Source: a virus
IMG/VR virus record: IMGVR_UViG_3300020473_002200
Location: 124,265-188,264 of that record
Length of the DNA stretch: 64,000 nt
Direction: 5' to 3' (one strand)
Of the stretch, positions 30,706 through 40,838 are shown piece by piece (the first letter of the stretch is position 1; every line of letters starts with the position of its first letter). The notes below the pieces were generated by a model. That model saw nothing but the letters and a program-made list of their open reading frames with translations, was not told the origin of the DNA and did not search any database. A program made the translations under genes and the position numbers.

Positions 30706-31499
30706 AACTACTTCGCGAGTACATAAGAGAGCTACTGAAGGAAGATCCAATGGGTTTTGTTCAGGATCTCGCCGCGGCATCTGATCAATTCCGTGACGAA
30801 GACTTTAACGAGTTTCACGGCGGCAACCCAGGTAAGTCAGGAGGCAGGGCGATCAAGCGTGCATTTGCTGCCAACGCTGATTATAACTTTCTCAACTCCT
30901 TAGATACTGTTCATTGGATTAAAGACGCTTACAATCTCAAACCGCTCATAGGCAGATCTCGAGATGAATTATCAGCCACTATGACTCTGCCTAGCGAGCC
31001 TTTTAAAGCGCCAAGAGGTTTTAATGCTGACCTAGAGTTAGGCTTGTGGATAAAGGGTCGTATAACTCTGGCAGCCAATAGTCAAGACGACCTGTACACT
31101 GGTACTTACTTCGATTACATGAGAGGACGTGATCCCGAACAGTTTGAAAAAGATAAGCACCGCAAAGCATCATCAGGTGTAAACAAGAGACCCACTGTTT
31201 CAAAAGATTATAGCAGGTACGCAAAGCTAAAAAGAGGCAATGAGTACCATGAAAAGCTGGCCAGAAAGATTCCGTATGTTCTGGATCAGTCGACTTGGAA
31301 TCCAGCTTCTATAAACGAGGCGCTAGTAGACAACTGGCGAGCAAAGGGACTGATTGTCTCGGACCAAAGTATTATCGATGCAATCAAGGACAACCCAGAA
31401 GGCGACGGTGTAGGCTGGCTAAAAGAATTTTATGAGATGGCTGAGGTATTCGACGTTCCAATGTATGACACAGACAAAAACGTAATCTGGAGCCCGTAA
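30702..31499 (+). CDS. Leader-tagged hypothetical protein
   Basis: MKLLREYIRELLKE leader. Confidence 0.6.
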   Translation: MKLLREYIRELLKEDPMGFVQDLAAASDQFRDEDFNEFHGGNPGKSGGRAIKRAFAANADYNFLNSLDTVHWIKDAYNLKPLIGRSRDELSATMTLPSEPFKAPRGFNADLELGLWIKGRITLAANSQDDLYTGTYFDYMRGRDPEQFEKDKHRKASSGVNKRPTVSKDYSRYAKLKRGNEYHEKLARKIPYVLDQSTWNPASINEALVDNWRAKGLIVSDQSIIDAIKDNPEGDGVGWLKEFYEMAEVFDVPMYDTDKNVIWSP

Positions 31500-32305
31500 T
31501 GAAACTACTACGCGAGTACATAAGAGAACTTTTAAATGAGAAAGCCCGAGTGCGCGGCTATATTAAGCCGTCTTCTTCTTTTCACACACTTCTACAGTGG
31601 GAGCTTGTGGTAGAAGAATTACTACAGCTTCAGAAGCAGGGTGTTGATACTCGAGGAGGCATGAGCTTAAATCAGAGACTACTTCAGATAATCGATGAAT
31701 ATTTTGGTTTTCAATACAATATCGAGGTAGAGAGGTACGATCTCCTAACTCAAAAGAACATTTTAGACTTCATCGAGGATTTTACCAATCACAGATTTTG
31801 GGGACTGGAGAGAGAGTTCGGTAGTTATTTTCCCGATATAAGTAAGTTGAAGTTTGCTTACTTCTATTCTCGTGGAGATCTTGAGCCTCATGTACTGATG
31901 GATGAAGAATTTACAACTCAGATTTATGGTGGTCTAGACAATCAAAAACGTCTTAGTCACTATACAACTCAAGCGGGAGTAGAAAGAATTCAGGCAGCTA
32001 TTGACTCAGGTCGACCTTTCGATATATCATGTTTCACCGTTGCGGAACGCCCTTTCTTTAGACCTGAATCTAGCTTGGTCGTGGAGTTAATAGGTAATGT
32101 TCGTGGGGGTTTTAGGAGTGATATTAAATCTGTCGCAGTTGATACTGGGCGCAGAGCATGTAATATGTATAGACTAGAGTACCCTGGCAAAGATCAGGAT
32201 AATATTTGTAGAGAGCTGGACTCTTGTGATAGCGAAGTTCGTACTTCTTTGTGGAATGAATATATAGCGACGCCTGAAAAGATATTAAGCGTTAAGAAGG
32301 TATAG
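31499..32305 (+). CDS. Leader-tagged hypothetical protein
   Basis: MKLLREYIRELLNE leader. Confidence 0.6.
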   Translation: MKLLREYIRELLNEKARVRGYIKPSSSFHTLLQWELVVEELLQLQKQGVDTRGGMSLNQRLLQIIDEYFGFQYNIEVERYDLLTQKNILDFIEDFTNHRFWGLEREFGSYFPDISKLKFAYFYSRGDLEPHVLMDEEFTTQIYGGLDNQKRLSHYTTQAGVERIQAAIDSGRPFDISCFTVAERPFFRPESSLVVELIGNVRGGFRSDIKSVAVDTGRRACNMYRLEYPGKDQDNICRELDSCDSEVRTSLWNEYIATPEKILSVKKV

Positions 32306-32307
32306 GG

Positions 32308-32943
32308 ATGTCATCTCAACTTATCATGATTTTAAAAGAATCAATTTCAGTAGTTCCTACTGGAAAATATATCTTTCAGCATAAGGGGTATCCATTATCA
32401 GTTGAGGAGCAAGCAAAAGATCTAGCCGAGGTTGTCGCCCAGTATCAAAAAAGAAAAGTTTCAGATAAATTACAGAAGACATGCGATGAAAATTTTAATA
32501 AACTTTTTCAAGTTTTTTTGGAGTCCAAAGGTAGAACGTACAACGTAGATTATTATGACATGGTGATCGTTGGTCTAAAGCCAATAATCATAAAGCTCAA
32601 GAAGTACTATGATCGCCCTAGGCCCGCTGCATTAGCCAAGAGTATGGGCATAGATTTTTTAGGTGATGAGCTCGATTCTGCCCAATCTCCGTCATATCCA
32701 AGCGGCCACACCATCCAGTCTTACGTAATGGCAAAAATGTTAAGTGATCAATTTCCAGAGCATGAAGAGAACTTGCTTAAAATAGCAGAGATAATTTCAC
32801 AATCAAGGATTGATCGCGGAGTACATTTTCCAACTGATATAGAGTATGGTAAAGAAGTTGCCGAGTCTTTATTTCTTCAAATAAAAGAGGGTCTAGGCGG
32901 TGAAACGCCTCAAGACAGGCAAGTATACGATCAAATGGATTAA
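32308..32943 (+). CDS. PAP2 / acid phosphatase family protein
   Basis: KKYYDRPRP, SYPSGHT, SRIDRGVHFPTD. Confidence 0.88.
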   Translation: MSSQLIMILKESISVVPTGKYIFQHKGYPLSVEEQAKDLAEVVAQYQKRKVSDKLQKTCDENFNKLFQVFLESKGRTYNVDYYDMVIVGLKPIIIKLKKYYDRPRPAALAKSMGIDFLGDELDSAQSPSYPSGHTIQSYVMAKMLSDQFPEHEENLLKIAEIISQSRIDRGVHFPTDIEYGKEVAESLFLQIKEGLGGETPQDRQVYDQMD

Positions 32944-33021
32944 GAAAAGTTGAAAAACAACTAGACATCCATTAATTTATTAAATATTTAGATTAAAATA
33001 GATTCATCTATTGGGGGTTAT

Positions 33022-35175
33022 ATGCCGTATAAGTTTAAAGGTAAAAGGGACTGCACACAATCTGGTGGTTCAAAAGGCAAGTTTCAAACTGTCAAAAATG
33101 ATGGATCAAAAAGATGTTATAAAACAGAAAAACAATACAAAGCGTCCCAAGCCTGGGCTCATGAATATGATGAGGCCGGCTACGGTGAAGAGATTAATGA
33201 GGATATTGCGCGAATTCTAGTTGGAGACTTTACTCTAGAAGAAGGGCAGGCTATTAATCCTAGAAAGCACTATTTGGATTCTGGTTATTCTGGTGGCGCC
33301 GCAAGAGCGATCAATTATATGACGTGGTTAAGCGACGGAATGCCAACAGCTGCAGACAATAAGCCATACGCGGATGATATAGAAAACTTTATAAATTTTA
33401 GAAATTCTTATGGGGCTTTTGAAACATTTAGTTCTGCAACTCTTTTTTCATTTCAACAAACGGGTGATTTATCGAAAGATGAAATAGAGCTAGGGAAAGG
33501 AACAAAGATTCAACTTTTAGAACCCATGAGCAATACCACCATAAATGATAATAAAGTAGCGATGAAAGGAAGAGCTGTTGGAAGTCTTATTAAGGTTAAA
33601 ACCCAACAGGGTTTAGAAGGGTATCTTCACATTAATAGAATTCATCATAATCTTGCTGGGACATCTAAAGGGAAAATTAATGATGCTGAAATTGGGGCTG
33701 CAATAGAAAGCGTCGTGTTTGCAGCGATTAATGGCCTGGGAAGGGATGAGGCTTTTGAAATGGCTGTAAGAGATCCAAGAGCTGCAAAATACCCTAACGC
33801 GAGTGATTCAGAAAAAGCTAGATTTGAATCCTTAATGAAGTCGGGATATGATTCAGTGGAAAATTATTTGAGTAAAGACACTGCACCAAGCTTTTCAGAT
33901 CCGGTTGACCCTCGGCCCCAAGAGGGAGAAGGTAATACTGCAGCAGTCGATGTCCCAGTAAACGCCGGCGGTCAAACTGCTGAGATTCATGTCAAGTATA
34001 ATGACAAAACCAGGATGTTCGGTTTAAGAAAAGCAGATGGATCTAAGGCTTCTCCTGAGTTTACAAAAGCCAGAAATGCTGTTTTAAGTCAATATGTTCC
34101 GACTTTACCAAGCTATATGTCTTGGGTTTCTAGCTATAAAAAGAGAACTAATTTCGATCCTTATATGATAGCTGACTTAAGTAATAAAGAAGTTGAGGGT
34201 CGTTTAAGAAAGTTTGGAACGATAGAAATAGGTCCGGATTGGAATCCCATGACAGAAGCAACACCTGAGGGAGCCAGCAACGTTTTCTTAGATCCGAGAA
34301 GCTTAGTTACAAATATGCATAAGGACGGAATATTCCAGAGTGGAATTTCTTCTTTAATGCAGCTTGATCCTTTATTGCTAGCTAAGCCGCCGTTTGATTT
34401 AATACCGGGATTATTAAAGACAGACGTTGAAAACGCCATTAGACCAAATGCAGACCGTGCCCCTGGCGGCGTTTATTATTTCAACTTTTCCGGAAAGGGC
34501 TCAACCGCAACTCTTGAAGTGATGGCATTTGCTGTTGATTTAGAAGTGAATGTGGTAGTTCATAACTCAATTGAGGGTCAAAGCTCTAAATCCAAAGGTT
34601 ATGATATTCAGGTAGAGGTAGGTGGGGAAACTTTGACACCTTTTCAGATTCAGATAAGCTCTTTAGCAAGAGGTAAGCCGTTACAAGTTGGGAAGACTTC
34701 TGACTTGCCAAAATTACTTAGTTTAATAGATCCCGAAAAGAGTAATAAGGTTCCGGAAAGGGTCGAGAAAGTAATAGAGGACGGACTAATTAGAAAAATG
34801 ATAGAAGAATTAACTGTTATTTCTGAAAGTCAAATCTCATTAATCATTGAAGAGCTCACAGGCGCAGATAAGTCTGAGATTAAAAAGATGATTGCTAAAG
34901 AAATTGAGGGTACCGCGAATAAGAAGATGACGCAAAAAGTGTTCCAGGCTGAATTTAATAAGGAGCTTAAAAAAGCGCTCGGCGTATCATTTATTGGTGA
35001 GCCTGGAAAAATTAATAAGTTTGTCGCAGACACTATTCAGAAAGAAATAGAGAAAATGTTTAAAGATAAAGCAACTCAAAATCAAATTGGTGAAATAACA
35101 AAAGCTGTTATTAAAAAGCTTTATCGCGAACTAAGCTACTCTTCAGTTCACATCGTCGATAGAATCAAGCTCTAA
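33022..35175 (+). CDS. Large multidomain hypothetical protein
   Basis: 717-aa ORF; Cys-containing N-terminal module, SH3-like segment, helical C-terminus. Confidence 0.6.
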   Translation: MPYKFKGKRDCTQSGGSKGKFQTVKNDGSKRCYKTEKQYKASQAWAHEYDEAGYGEEINEDIARILVGDFTLEEGQAINPRKHYLDSGYSGGAARAINYMTWLSDGMPTAADNKPYADDIENFINFRNSYGAFETFSSATLFSFQQTGDLSKDEIELGKGTKIQLLEPMSNTTINDNKVAMKGRAVGSLIKVKTQQGLEGYLHINRIHHNLAGTSKGKINDAEIGAAIESVVFAAINGLGRDEAFEMAVRDPRAAKYPNASDSEKARFESLMKSGYDSVENYLSKDTAPSFSDPVDPRPQEGEGNTAAVDVPVNAGGQTAEIHVKYNDKTRMFGLRKADGSKASPEFTKARNAVLSQYVPTLPSYMSWVSSYKKRTNFDPYMIADLSNKEVEGRLRKFGTIEIGPDWNPMTEATPEGASNVFLDPRSLVTNMHKDGIFQSGISSLMQLDPLLLAKPPFDLIPGLLKTDVENAIRPNADRAPGGVYYFNFSGKGSTATLEVMAFAVDLEVNVVVHNSIEGQSSKSKGYDIQVEVGGETLTPFQIQISSLARGKPLQVGKTSDLPKLLSLIDPEKSNKVPERVEKVIEDGLIRKMIEELTVISESQISLIIEELTGADKSEIKKMIAKEIEGTANKKMTQKVFQAEFNKELKKALGVSFIGEPGKINKFVADTIQKEIEKMFKDKATQNQIGEITKAVIKKLYRELSYSSVHIVDRIKL

Positions 35176-35178
35176 AAC

Positions 35179-36024
35179 ATGCTACAAAATCTAGTCGGTA
35201 ATACTCCGCTTATTGAGTTATCTTCTGGGATACTCGTTAAGCTTGAAACATACAACCCCACGGGTTCCATTAAAGACCGTATAATTTCCTATATCGTCCG
35301 GAAAGCTGTCGAGTCTAAAGAGATCAAACCCGGTATGACTCTGGTCGAAGCGACATCGGGAAATACTGGCATAGCGCTTTCTGCTATGGGATCTCACATC
35401 GGACACAAAGTTAAGATTATTATGCCGTCAAACATGTCGGAAGAGCGCAAACAGATGATGAGACTATTTGGCGCAGAGATAGTTGAGGTTGCTCCGCATG
35501 ATTTTAAAGGCGCAATTGCCCTAAGGAATCAGATGGTGAAAGAAGGCTGTTGGTCTCCCAATCAGTTTGAGAATAAACTGAATATCGAATGCCACTTTAA
35601 AACTACAGCTGATGAAATATATAGACAGCTTCAAGATATGGGAGAAGTCTGGGGTGCTTTTGTTTCTGGCGCTGGTACCGGCGGAACCATGATGGGTATT
35701 CAAAAATACGTGGAATGTGAAGGGTTGGGTACTCAATTGATCTTCATGAAACCAGCTGAAAAAGAGCACGGTATCCAGGGTGTTGGCGATGGTGGAGATT
35801 ATCTGTTAGATCAAAATCTATTGACTCACACTGTCGAGATTAAAACGCAAGATGCAATAAAAAAATCTAAAATACTATCTCAAAAACTTGGCATTCCTGT
35901 CGGAATATCAGGTGCCGCTAATGTACTTGCAGCAGAGTGGTACGAAAAAAATCATCTAACATATGGCAAAACAATCACAATGCTTTGTGATAGGGGGGAA
36001 AGATATTTGTCTAATGTGACTTAA
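35179..36024 (+). CDS. cysK: Cysteine synthase (O-acetylserine sulfhydrylase)
   Basis: KLETYNPTGSIKDR, EATSGNTG, GTGGT, CDRGERYLS. Confidence 0.92.
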   Translation: MLQNLVGNTPLIELSSGILVKLETYNPTGSIKDRIISYIVRKAVESKEIKPGMTLVEATSGNTGIALSAMGSHIGHKVKIIMPSNMSEERKQMMRLFGAEIVEVAPHDFKGAIALRNQMVKEGCWSPNQFENKLNIECHFKTTADEIYRQLQDMGEVWGAFVSGAGTGGTMMGIQKYVECEGLGTQLIFMKPAEKEHGIQGVGDGGDYLLDQNLLTHTVEIKTQDAIKKSKILSQKLGIPVGISGAANVLAAEWYEKNHLTYGKTITMLCDRGERYLSNVT

Positions 36025-36055
36025 ACGTCTGTAAATAAGAAATTATATTTTTATA

Positions 36056-36385
36056 ATGGAATACGCAATAATCATATTCGGACTGCTGGCTATTGGTTGT
36101 ACTTGTATGCTTTTTATGACGATTACTACGTATAATAGAAAGATATCTGAAGTACATAAGGCTCTTGCCAGTTTGCACATTAAGGTTTTGGGCTTAGAGT
36201 CTGATTTAAACGTCGAAAAGAAAAAGAGCAAGACTGTAGGTTTTAAAAGTCGCAAAGTAGAGCCTGATGTTAGAAAAGAAGTGATATATAAAGTACCAAA
36301 GAAAATTACGGGTGACTTAACAATGACACATCATGGAAAATCTGCTTTGGTTCAGGCAACACTGAAGGTGAAGAAAACAGAATAA
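36056..36385 (+). CDS. Membrane-anchored hypothetical protein
   Basis: N-terminal TM segment. Confidence 0.45.
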   Translation: MEYAIIIFGLLAIGCTCMLFMTITTYNRKISEVHKALASLHIKVLGLESDLNVEKKKSKTVGFKSRKVEPDVRKEVIYKVPKKITGDLTMTHHGKSALVQATLKVKKTE

Positions 36386-36747
36386 TGTTAAAAAAAACAC
36401 GTCCTAAGTTCATAGAAAATTCTAGGGTTCCGATTTGGTTATCATATTTGGCTCCAATTGATATATGGGCAATCAGTTTTGGTTTTTGGGTATGGTGTAG
36501 AGGCACATTGTCTGAAGCGACTAGAAGGCATGAGACAATACATTTCCAACAACAGCTGGAGCTTCTATTCGTGGGTCAATGGATCTTGTATGGCTCTTTT
36601 TGGCTGTGGGGTTTAATAAAGTATCGCGATGGAAAACTTGCTTATCGTGAAAGCCCGTTTGAAAGAGAAGCCTACAGAAATGAAATGGACATTGATTATT
36701 TAGCTTCAAGACCTAGATTTAACTGGGTAAGGTATATAAGAGGATAA
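36385..36747 (+). CDS. HExxH-containing membrane-associated protein
   Basis: RHETIH, PFEREAY. Confidence 0.55.
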   Translation: MLKKTRPKFIENSRVPIWLSYLAPIDIWAISFGFWVWCRGTLSEATRRHETIHFQQQLELLFVGQWILYGSFWLWGLIKYRDGKLAYRESPFEREAYRNEMDIDYLASRPRFNWVRYIRG

Positions 36748-36755
36748 GCAGTATT

Positions 36756-36953
36756 ATGAATTTTAAGCCTGGTATGAGAGTAGTTCACTATCAACAGATG
36801 AACCGTCCTGGCGTTATTTTAGAAATAACACAGGTAAAAAGTAAGCAGTGGATGGTGGGGGGTACAACACAAGAAAGACTGGTTGCTGTTGTTAGGCATG
36901 ATGACAATACCGTGTCTAATTTCTATACATCTGATCTTAGGCTAGAAGAATAG
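36756..36953 (+). CDS. Small KOW/SH3-like protein
   Basis: MNFKPGMRVVH...GVILEI. Confidence 0.5.
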   Translation: MNFKPGMRVVHYQQMNRPGVILEITQVKSKQWMVGGTTQERLVAVVRHDDNTVSNFYTSDLRLEE

Positions 36954-36961
36954 CCAAAGTC

Positions 36962-36990
36962 GTGCAATTACACCTTATATTTGATATAAT
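36962..36990 (+). promoter_or_regulatory. Putative promoter GTGCAA-N17-TATAAT
   Basis: Intergenic; followed by AGGAGG SD. Confidence 0.6.
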
Positions 36991-37004
36991 AAAAATATAA
37001 GGAG

Positions 37005-37208
37005 GTGGTTGCTATGGCAGCTTGTGTTGCGATTTTTGTTTTTATTTATGGCATTATGGAGAAAGATTTTTGGTGGGCTCTGTGGGCCTGCGCAGCTTCT
37101 TTTTTCGTTGCGCTTTTAATTGAGATAATTTATGCAACAATGGCGTTCACAGCAATGTTCAGTGCAATTGAAGCCTTCTCTAATCTTGTGAGCCAAATGC
37201 TGTCATAA
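37005..37208 (+). CDS. Small membrane protein
   Basis: Hydrophobic ORF after AGGAGG. Confidence 0.5.
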   Translation: MVAMAACVAIFVFIYGIMEKDFWWALWACAASFFVALLIEIIYATMAFTAMFSAIEAFSNLVSQMLS

Positions 37209-37273
37209 TTCAGGTGTAAAAAAACAAATTTTCATATAAGATTTTCTTGATTATTATAATTTAAGGGTCTTAT

Positions 37274-37984
37274 ATGAAAGTCTTTACATTCGATGATAAT
37301 ATAGGTTCGGTTGAATACGTCAAGCACGATGGCGATGATTTAACTGTTGTAAATGCAGCCAGGGTTTCTTTTGGCGCTCATAAGGAAAATATAGATGATA
37401 AAGATATTAAGCTCATTAATTACCTTATGTCTCATGGGCATACTAGTCCTTTCGAGCATTGTGGTATTACGTTCCGCTTCGTTACTCCTCTTTTCATAAG
37501 AAGCCAACATCATCGTCATCGCACTTGGTCGTATAATGAAATTAGTAGACGCTATACATCAATAGATCTACAGTTTTATGAGCCAAAGGCATTTCGTTCG
37601 CAACATAAATCTAATAGACAGGCTAGCACTGATAGTCTAATAAACCCAGACACTAGCTCAGCGACTTTACGATTATTACCTACCGCGTCTTATCCTGCTA
37701 GTGCAGCAGTGGCTGATCATCATAAAAAATCTTTAGAATTATATAACGTGCTTATTGAGAAAGGTGTATGTCGTGAACAAGCGCGCGGAGTATTACCACA
37801 AAATTTATATACACAGTATTACGGTACGGTAGACTTACATAACCTTTTAAAGTTTGTTTCTTTAAGAATTCATGAAGGTGCGCAATGGGAAATACAGCAG
37901 GTTGCAAAAGCTTGCCTACAAATTACTGAGCAATTTTTCCCTCATTCAGTGGAGGCTTATAGAAAACATAAGGGCGATATATGA
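37274..37984 (+). CDS. thyX: Flavin-dependent thymidylate synthase
   Basis: VVNAARVSF, GHTSPFEH, RHRTWSYNEISRRY, AQWEI. Confidence 0.95.
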   Translation: MKVFTFDDNIGSVEYVKHDGDDLTVVNAARVSFGAHKENIDDKDIKLINYLMSHGHTSPFEHCGITFRFVTPLFIRSQHHRHRTWSYNEISRRYTSIDLQFYEPKAFRSQHKSNRQASTDSLINPDTSSATLRLLPTASYPASAAVADHHKKSLELYNVLIEKGVCREQARGVLPQNLYTQYYGTVDLHNLLKFVSLRIHEGAQWEIQQVAKACLQITEQFFPHSVEAYRKHKGDI

Positions 37985-40257
37985 GGTTTTTACTTATCTT
38001 TATTTTCTTATTGGTTGCTTGTGAAGACAAGACTAGCCCAATAGGTCAATCAGGCGGAGCAGGTGCTGATGCACGTTTAATATTGGATAATCAAGATGCC
38101 GGACAAGAGGCAGATGTATATATCTTGGACTATCAACCACCCCCACCCCCTCCGGAACCTGAGCTAACTCGTGAAGAGCGGTGTGCTCAAACTTCTGTAG
38201 AAGAAACGCAAGCATATTGTTCATGTTTCCCAGACTGCTGTGATCGTCAACGATGGTATTGTCCTCCCAACCCAAGGCAAACAATAGACGTAATGCAAGT
38301 TATTCTAGAAGTTTGTGATGAAAATAAGCAGCGTTGTGAGTTTGGGGCTGATCCTAATTGTCCTCCACCGGAAATCATATCACGAAGTGAGTGTGTGACT
38401 CAATGGGAGTGCCCACCTGGGACAAGCGGAGAGTTCATTAGATGGTTTGAGTGTCAACTTGAAGATGGTTCCCTGGGCCAGCAACAAATAATATGTGATA
38501 AAGGAAGTTTGAGGCATCTGCCATGCCAGCCCTGCGATCCAGAATCTTGCGACGGCGAAGATAACGATTGTGATAATTTAATTGATGAAGGATTTTTTCC
38601 ATGTGAAACTGCGTGCGGACCCGGGGTAGGGTTGTGCGTAGAGGGAGAAGTGACTCAATGTAACGCTGAAGAGCCTGGCGAAGAGCGTTGTAATTTCGAA
38701 GATGATGATTGTGACGGTGCAGTCGATGAGGGCCAAAGGAACGCATGTGATGAGTGCGGACCACTACAGCCAGACATCTGTGATGGTATTGATAATGACT
38801 GCGACGGGACAGTCGACGAAGAGTTAATTAGGGAATGTGAAACAGCTTGTGGGCGTGGGATTGAAACTTGCGACGGCGGTAACTGGATATCCTGTACTGC
38901 AACACAACCGGTTGACGAAGAATGCGACGGCGAAGATAATGATTGCGACGGAAGAATAGACGAACAACTAGAATGCTTATGTACTATTCAAGATGTTGGA
39001 AACCTTATGCCCTGCTCAGAGCCTCCTTTGATTTGTGGTCAAGGGTTCAAGACGTGTGAGTGTGTAGATCCAAATTGTACAGAAATGAGGGTAACTGACT
39101 GCGCAGCACTATGTACATATGTCCCTATGCCCGAACCACCGATTTGTGATCCAAGAGTCGGTATTGCTTTAGAGCAAGAAGAGTGTAATAATTTTGATGA
39201 AGATTGTGATCAAAATATAGACGAAAACTTAAGTCAGGCATGCTATACTGGTGAGCCTGAAACTTTATTGGTTGGCGTTTGCGTTCCCGGAGAAGTATAT
39301 TGTGATCGCGGGACTTGGGGTAATGATCGTAATGGGCGTTTTGAACCCGGGTATTGCTTGGGAGAGGTGACCCCGCAGGAAGAAATTTGCGATGGTGCGG
39401 ATAATGACTGCGATGGAATAGTTGATTATGGCGAGGAAATTAGAGAGACTGATATACTTTTCATTGTAGACTGGTCAGGTTCTATGGATCAAGAAATCGA
39501 GGCAGTCAGGATTGCACTTAATAGATTTGCAACTCACTTTGCAGCAGAAGAACCACTTCAATGGGGCTTAATAGTTGCGCCTAAAGAAGCACCTCGTGGA
39601 GATGACGAGTTATTAGTTCTTGTTTCTGATATTTCTCCTTTTGATCAATTTTTAGCAGCTTTTGCAGCTTTAGGCGCTGAGGGTATGGATACGGGGAGTG
39701 AAATGCTTTTAGACGCAATTTATTTAGCTGTAAGAAATATTTCAGGTGCAGCTAACGTGGATATTGCAAGTACGACATGGTGGAGAAATACAGGATCACT
39801 ACCAGAGAAAGAAAACTTTAATATCAATTGGAGGCCAACTTCGGAAAGAATTGTGATTGTATTTAGCGATGAAGTAGAGCAATCATATCTTAGAGATTTA
39901 AATGATCCGGAAGGGCCAAATCGACCAATAACGAAAGCAATAGTTGAAGACGCAGTTCGAGCAGGAATAAACTTAAAAGTTTATGCATTTTCCGATGGCG
40001 GGTTTGGGGTTCAAGGTAGATTTTGGGAGAGCTTAACCCTGGCTGGGAACGGTGCTTTATTTGATTTGACGTCAAACGCAGTTAGCATGTATAATGATCT
40101 AATGTCAATAATCGATGAAGCTTGCTTACCAAGAGATCAACCGGTTGAAGAGCAAGGTGCAATGAACTTTTCTGATTCTAGCTATACATATGTGAGCATG
40201 TATGATTATAACGTGTCTAAATATCATTATGACTATAAGAACAAAATATGTAGATGA
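37981..40257 (+). CDS. Lipoprotein with myxobacterial-type Cys-rich (CDGxDNDCDG) repeats and vWA domain
   Basis: Lipobox LVAC; six C-x-x-x-D-[ND/DD/ED]-C-D repeats; DILFIVDWSGSM MIDAS. Confidence 0.8.
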   Translation: MRFLLIFIFLLVACEDKTSPIGQSGGAGADARLILDNQDAGQEADVYILDYQPPPPPPEPELTREERCAQTSVEETQAYCSCFPDCCDRQRWYCPPNPRQTIDVMQVILEVCDENKQRCEFGADPNCPPPEIISRSECVTQWECPPGTSGEFIRWFECQLEDGSLGQQQIICDKGSLRHLPCQPCDPESCDGEDNDCDNLIDEGFFPCETACGPGVGLCVEGEVTQCNAEEPGEERCNFEDDDCDGAVDEGQRNACDECGPLQPDICDGIDNDCDGTVDEELIRECETACGRGIETCDGGNWISCTATQPVDEECDGEDNDCDGRIDEQLECLCTIQDVGNLMPCSEPPLICGQGFKTCECVDPNCTEMRVTDCAALCTYVPMPEPPICDPRVGIALEQEECNNFDEDCDQNIDENLSQACYTGEPETLLVGVCVPGEVYCDRGTWGNDRNGRFEPGYCLGEVTPQEEICDGADNDCDGIVDYGEEIRETDILFIVDWSGSMDQEIEAVRIALNRFATHFAAEEPLQWGLIVAPKEAPRGDDELLVLVSDISPFDQFLAAFAALGAEGMDTGSEMLLDAIYLAVRNISGAANVDIASTTWWRNTGSLPEKENFNINWRPTSERIVIVFSDEVEQSYLRDLNDPEGPNRPITKAIVEDAVRAGINLKVYAFSDGGFGVQGRFWESLTLAGNGALFDLTSNAVSMYNDLMSIIDEACLPRDQPVEEQGAMNFSDSSYTYVSMYDYNVSKYHYDYKNKICR

Positions 40258-40478
40258 AAATTAAAACTTTGGATTTACACATGGTACGTCATGCGTATGT
40301 AGATGATAAGGTGAGGGAATTTTTAAATTTCGCCGACCTACCAGTTAGAATTATTACTGGTAGGTCTAAGCAAATGAGGGAGATTGTACTGGCAATTATT
40401 AATGAATATGAGTATGAATTTCATTTTGAAAGTGCCCATAATTTTGGCGCTTTGATTATAAGTGATATTAAACGCTAA
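40254..40478 (+). CDS. Smr-like small domain protein
   Basis: LDLH...RIITGRS. Confidence 0.55.
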   Translation: MKIKTLDLHMVRHAYVDDKVREFLNFADLPVRIITGRSKQMREIVLAIINEYEYEFHFESAHNFGALIISDIKR

Positions 40479-40791
40479 AGCTTTCACCGCATCCACAAGT
40501 TCTCTTGGCATTTGGATTAATAAACTTGAAGCCCTTACCAGACAATCCGTCTATATAATCAATTTCAGTCCCCATTAAGTAAAGGTAGCTTTTGGGATCC
40601 ACGTATATGGTTACTCCTTCACTTTCTATTACGCGATCTTTTTCTTGTTTTTCGTAAACGAAATCTAAATAGTAGCTAAACCCAGAGCAACCTCCGCCTT
40701 TAACACCTGCCTGTAATCCCAATGGTGTCTTTTCTTTGTTTTCCATAATTTGTTTTACTTTATTGCTAGCATTTTTTGTTAACTTAATCAT
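40468..40791 (-). CDS. iscA: IscA/HesB Fe-S cluster carrier
   Basis: GGGCSGFSY, C-terminal CGCGESF. Confidence 0.93.
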   Translation of the reverse strand: MIKLTKNASNKVKQIMENKEKTPLGLQAGVKGGGCSGFSYYLDFVYEKQEKDRVIESEGVTIYVDPKSYLYLMGTEIDYIDGLSGKGFKFINPNAKRTCGCGESFSV

Positions 40792-40838
40792 CTTAGTCTC
40801 CTTATAGAATAGTTATAACTGCTCAGGAGGATTTTTAC

